A DNA stretch of 64,000 nucleotides from an uncultured Bacteroidales bacterium (GTDB taxonomy: Bacteria; Bacteroidota; Bacteroidia; Bacteroidales; WCHB1-69). This document shows, piece after piece, positions 62,738 through 64,000 of this stretch. Below the pieces are notes generated by a model that was not told the origin of the DNA, did no database searches, and saw only the letters and a program-made list of their open reading frames with translations. The position numbers were made by a program, and so were the translations under genes. Where the stretch lies: the NCBI GenBank assembly GCA_900317715.1, contig ONHS01000002.1, positions 20,183 through 84,182 on the forward strand. Direction: 5' to 3'. Every line of letters starts with the position of its first letter. The stretch's first letter is position 1.

Positions 62738-63394
62738 ATGAAACATCCCCAAACATCAGACATAAAAAAGGCGATACTTTTCTTTCTCGCAATACTGACA
62801 ACCGTGTTTTCAAATGCGCAAGTGAAAGCGGTGCGATGTACGGAGGAGGACTACAATCAGGCTTTGCGAAGTCTGATTCTCTGTTCTTGTTCGGACTTCG
62901 CATCGGTTGATCTTTCACAAATTGAAAGTAGGCAAATCGACAGCGTGTTGCATCAACATTATTTTGTAGCCGAAGGTTTTGACGAAGCGGATTTCGACCT
63001 TGAATGGAAGAGAATGCCTTATCAACATGCTCAAGCTGCCTACATTGTGGAATTTGGAGTGATAAACAAGGGGTTAGGAGTTCCTGTAGATACAAAAACG
63101 GCATTTATTGACTCGCTGTTTCATCCTTTGGGCACTATAAACGGCGGTCTAATGGAAACTGATTGCTGCATCCACCAGATTGCCACGCGAGAAATAAACC
63201 ACTTGAGCTTACCGCCATTTTTGTACCTCTACCGTTGGGAATCAGACAAGTCGATACCTGAATTAATAGACCAATATTTTCCGACGGATCTTCTTATTTT
63301 AGAGTATTGCTATTCAATTACTGGAGAACTTTTTGTGAAAGGCGAAGAATTCCGTACCAGTAGTATGGTATATATGAAAGTGAGTGTTAAATGA
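62738..63394 (+). CDS. Hypothetical secreted protein
   Basis: Signal peptide KKAILFFLAILTTVFSNAQ. No family recognised. Confidence 0.45.
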   Translation: MKHPQTSDIKKAILFFLAILTTVFSNAQVKAVRCTEEDYNQALRSLILCSCSDFASVDLSQIESRQIDSVLHQHYFVAEGFDEADFDLEWKRMPYQHAQAAYIVEFGVINKGLGVPVDTKTAFIDSLFHPLGTINGGLMETDCCIHQIATREINHLSLPPFLYLYRWESDKSIPELIDQYFPTDLLILEYCYSITGELFVKGEEFRTSSMVYMKVSVK

Positions 63395-63691
63395 TCATAT
63401 AGTAGTGGTATCTCTTAACCACCCTCCTGATTTCGTATGTTACATTCTCCTTACTGCGATATTCATTGTCATTTGGATTTACCTCGGAGGGAAGTTCGAT
63501 TGATTGGATGCTTTCTTTGTTTTCCAATATCACGTTCTGCATGTAAAGGAAATTTTGTACCTTTGCACTCGGAAAAGAATAAAAGAGAATAAAGAAGAAT
63601 AAAAGAGAATAAAGGAAAGTAAAAGCAGTCATACCTACCTGTCAGAATACCTTTTGAACAAAACACAAAAATAGTTGTTTTCACCACTCTT

Positions 63692-64000
63692 ATGAGCCAT
63701 ATCCACGATTTCTCCCACATCATCGTCCGCGATGCCACCGAGAACAACCTCAAGCACGTTAACGTCAGGATTCCCAAGGGGAAAATCACCGTGGTAACGG
63801 GCGTGTCGGGATCGGGCAAGTCGTCGCTGGTGCTGGACACCATCGCGGCCAAGTCGCGAAGGGAACTCAACGACACCTTCCCCTCGTTCACGCAGCAGTA
63901 CCTGCCCAAATACGGGCGACCGCACGTGGGCGACATCCAGAACCTGCCCATCGCCATCGTCATCGAGCAGCGCAAGCCGGCCTCCAACTCCCGCTCCACG
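63692..64000 (+). CDS. UvrA-like ABC ATPase (N-terminus only; runs off the right edge)
   Basis: Own translation: MSHIHDFSHIIVRDATENNLKHVNVRIPKGKITVVTGVSGSGKSSLVLDTIAA.... This is the UvrA-family N-terminal Walker A context. It could be uvrA or a UvrA paralogue. Confidence 0.8.
   Translation, partial: MSHIHDFSHIIVRDATENNLKHVNVRIPKGKITVVTGVSGSGKSSLVLDTIAAKSRRELNDTFPSFTQQYLPKYGRPHVGDIQNLPIAIVIEQRKPASNSRST

Overview
64-kb chromosomal window that looks like a Bacteroidota (Bacteroidales, Prevotellaceae-like) genome. TAnnTTTG -7 promoter boxes sit about 20-60 nt upstream of many start codons. Lipoprotein signal peptides are frequent, and the gene families are typical of the order (DUF3276, PepSY-like, FISUMP, BspA-type LRR, T-rich hairpin terminators).

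Layout:
- 1-8.5 kb, minus strand, core genes: yidC, DUF3276, parA and parB. An amino-acid ABC permease and ATPase are translationally coupled to a PP2C / RsbW-like kinase / STAS partner-switching module. tRNA-Lys(CTT) follows.
- 8.5-13.6 kb: small housekeeping and hypothetical genes. A 7TM-AraC gene here is bracketed by inverted arrays of telomere-type heptamers.
- 13.8-27.9 kb: a single 4689-codon surface-protein gene (GLUG-like, SprB-like, MBG-like, HYR-like modules and a C-terminal FISUMP domain) containing near-identical 543-nt internal repeats.
- 28-47 kb: mixed metabolic and accessory genes. Five arrays of a 26-32 bp REP-like palindromic unit surround a RAYT-type HUH/Y1 transposase gene, and one array lies in frame inside that gene.
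- 47-63.4 kb: accessory, defence-like block with AAA-DUF4143, a DUF4062 fusion protein, a WYL regulator, a strongly AT-rich five-gene operon of about 7 kb, a VanW cassette and an MNT/HepT pair. The operon encodes a small Cys protein, a DUF3825-like protein, a cytoplasmic kinase-like + Sel1 + BspA-LRR giant, a NADAR-like protein and a DarT-like ADP-ribosyltransferase fused to a vWA-like domain.
- The right edge is a partial UvrA-like gene.

The WYL-headed DarT-vWA operon is my best candidate for an undescribed system. The window also holds several decayed paralogues (in-frame collapsed or truncated genes) and recurrent period-7 tandem arrays at gene ends.

All domain calls come from motif recognition by eye. 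No searches were run.
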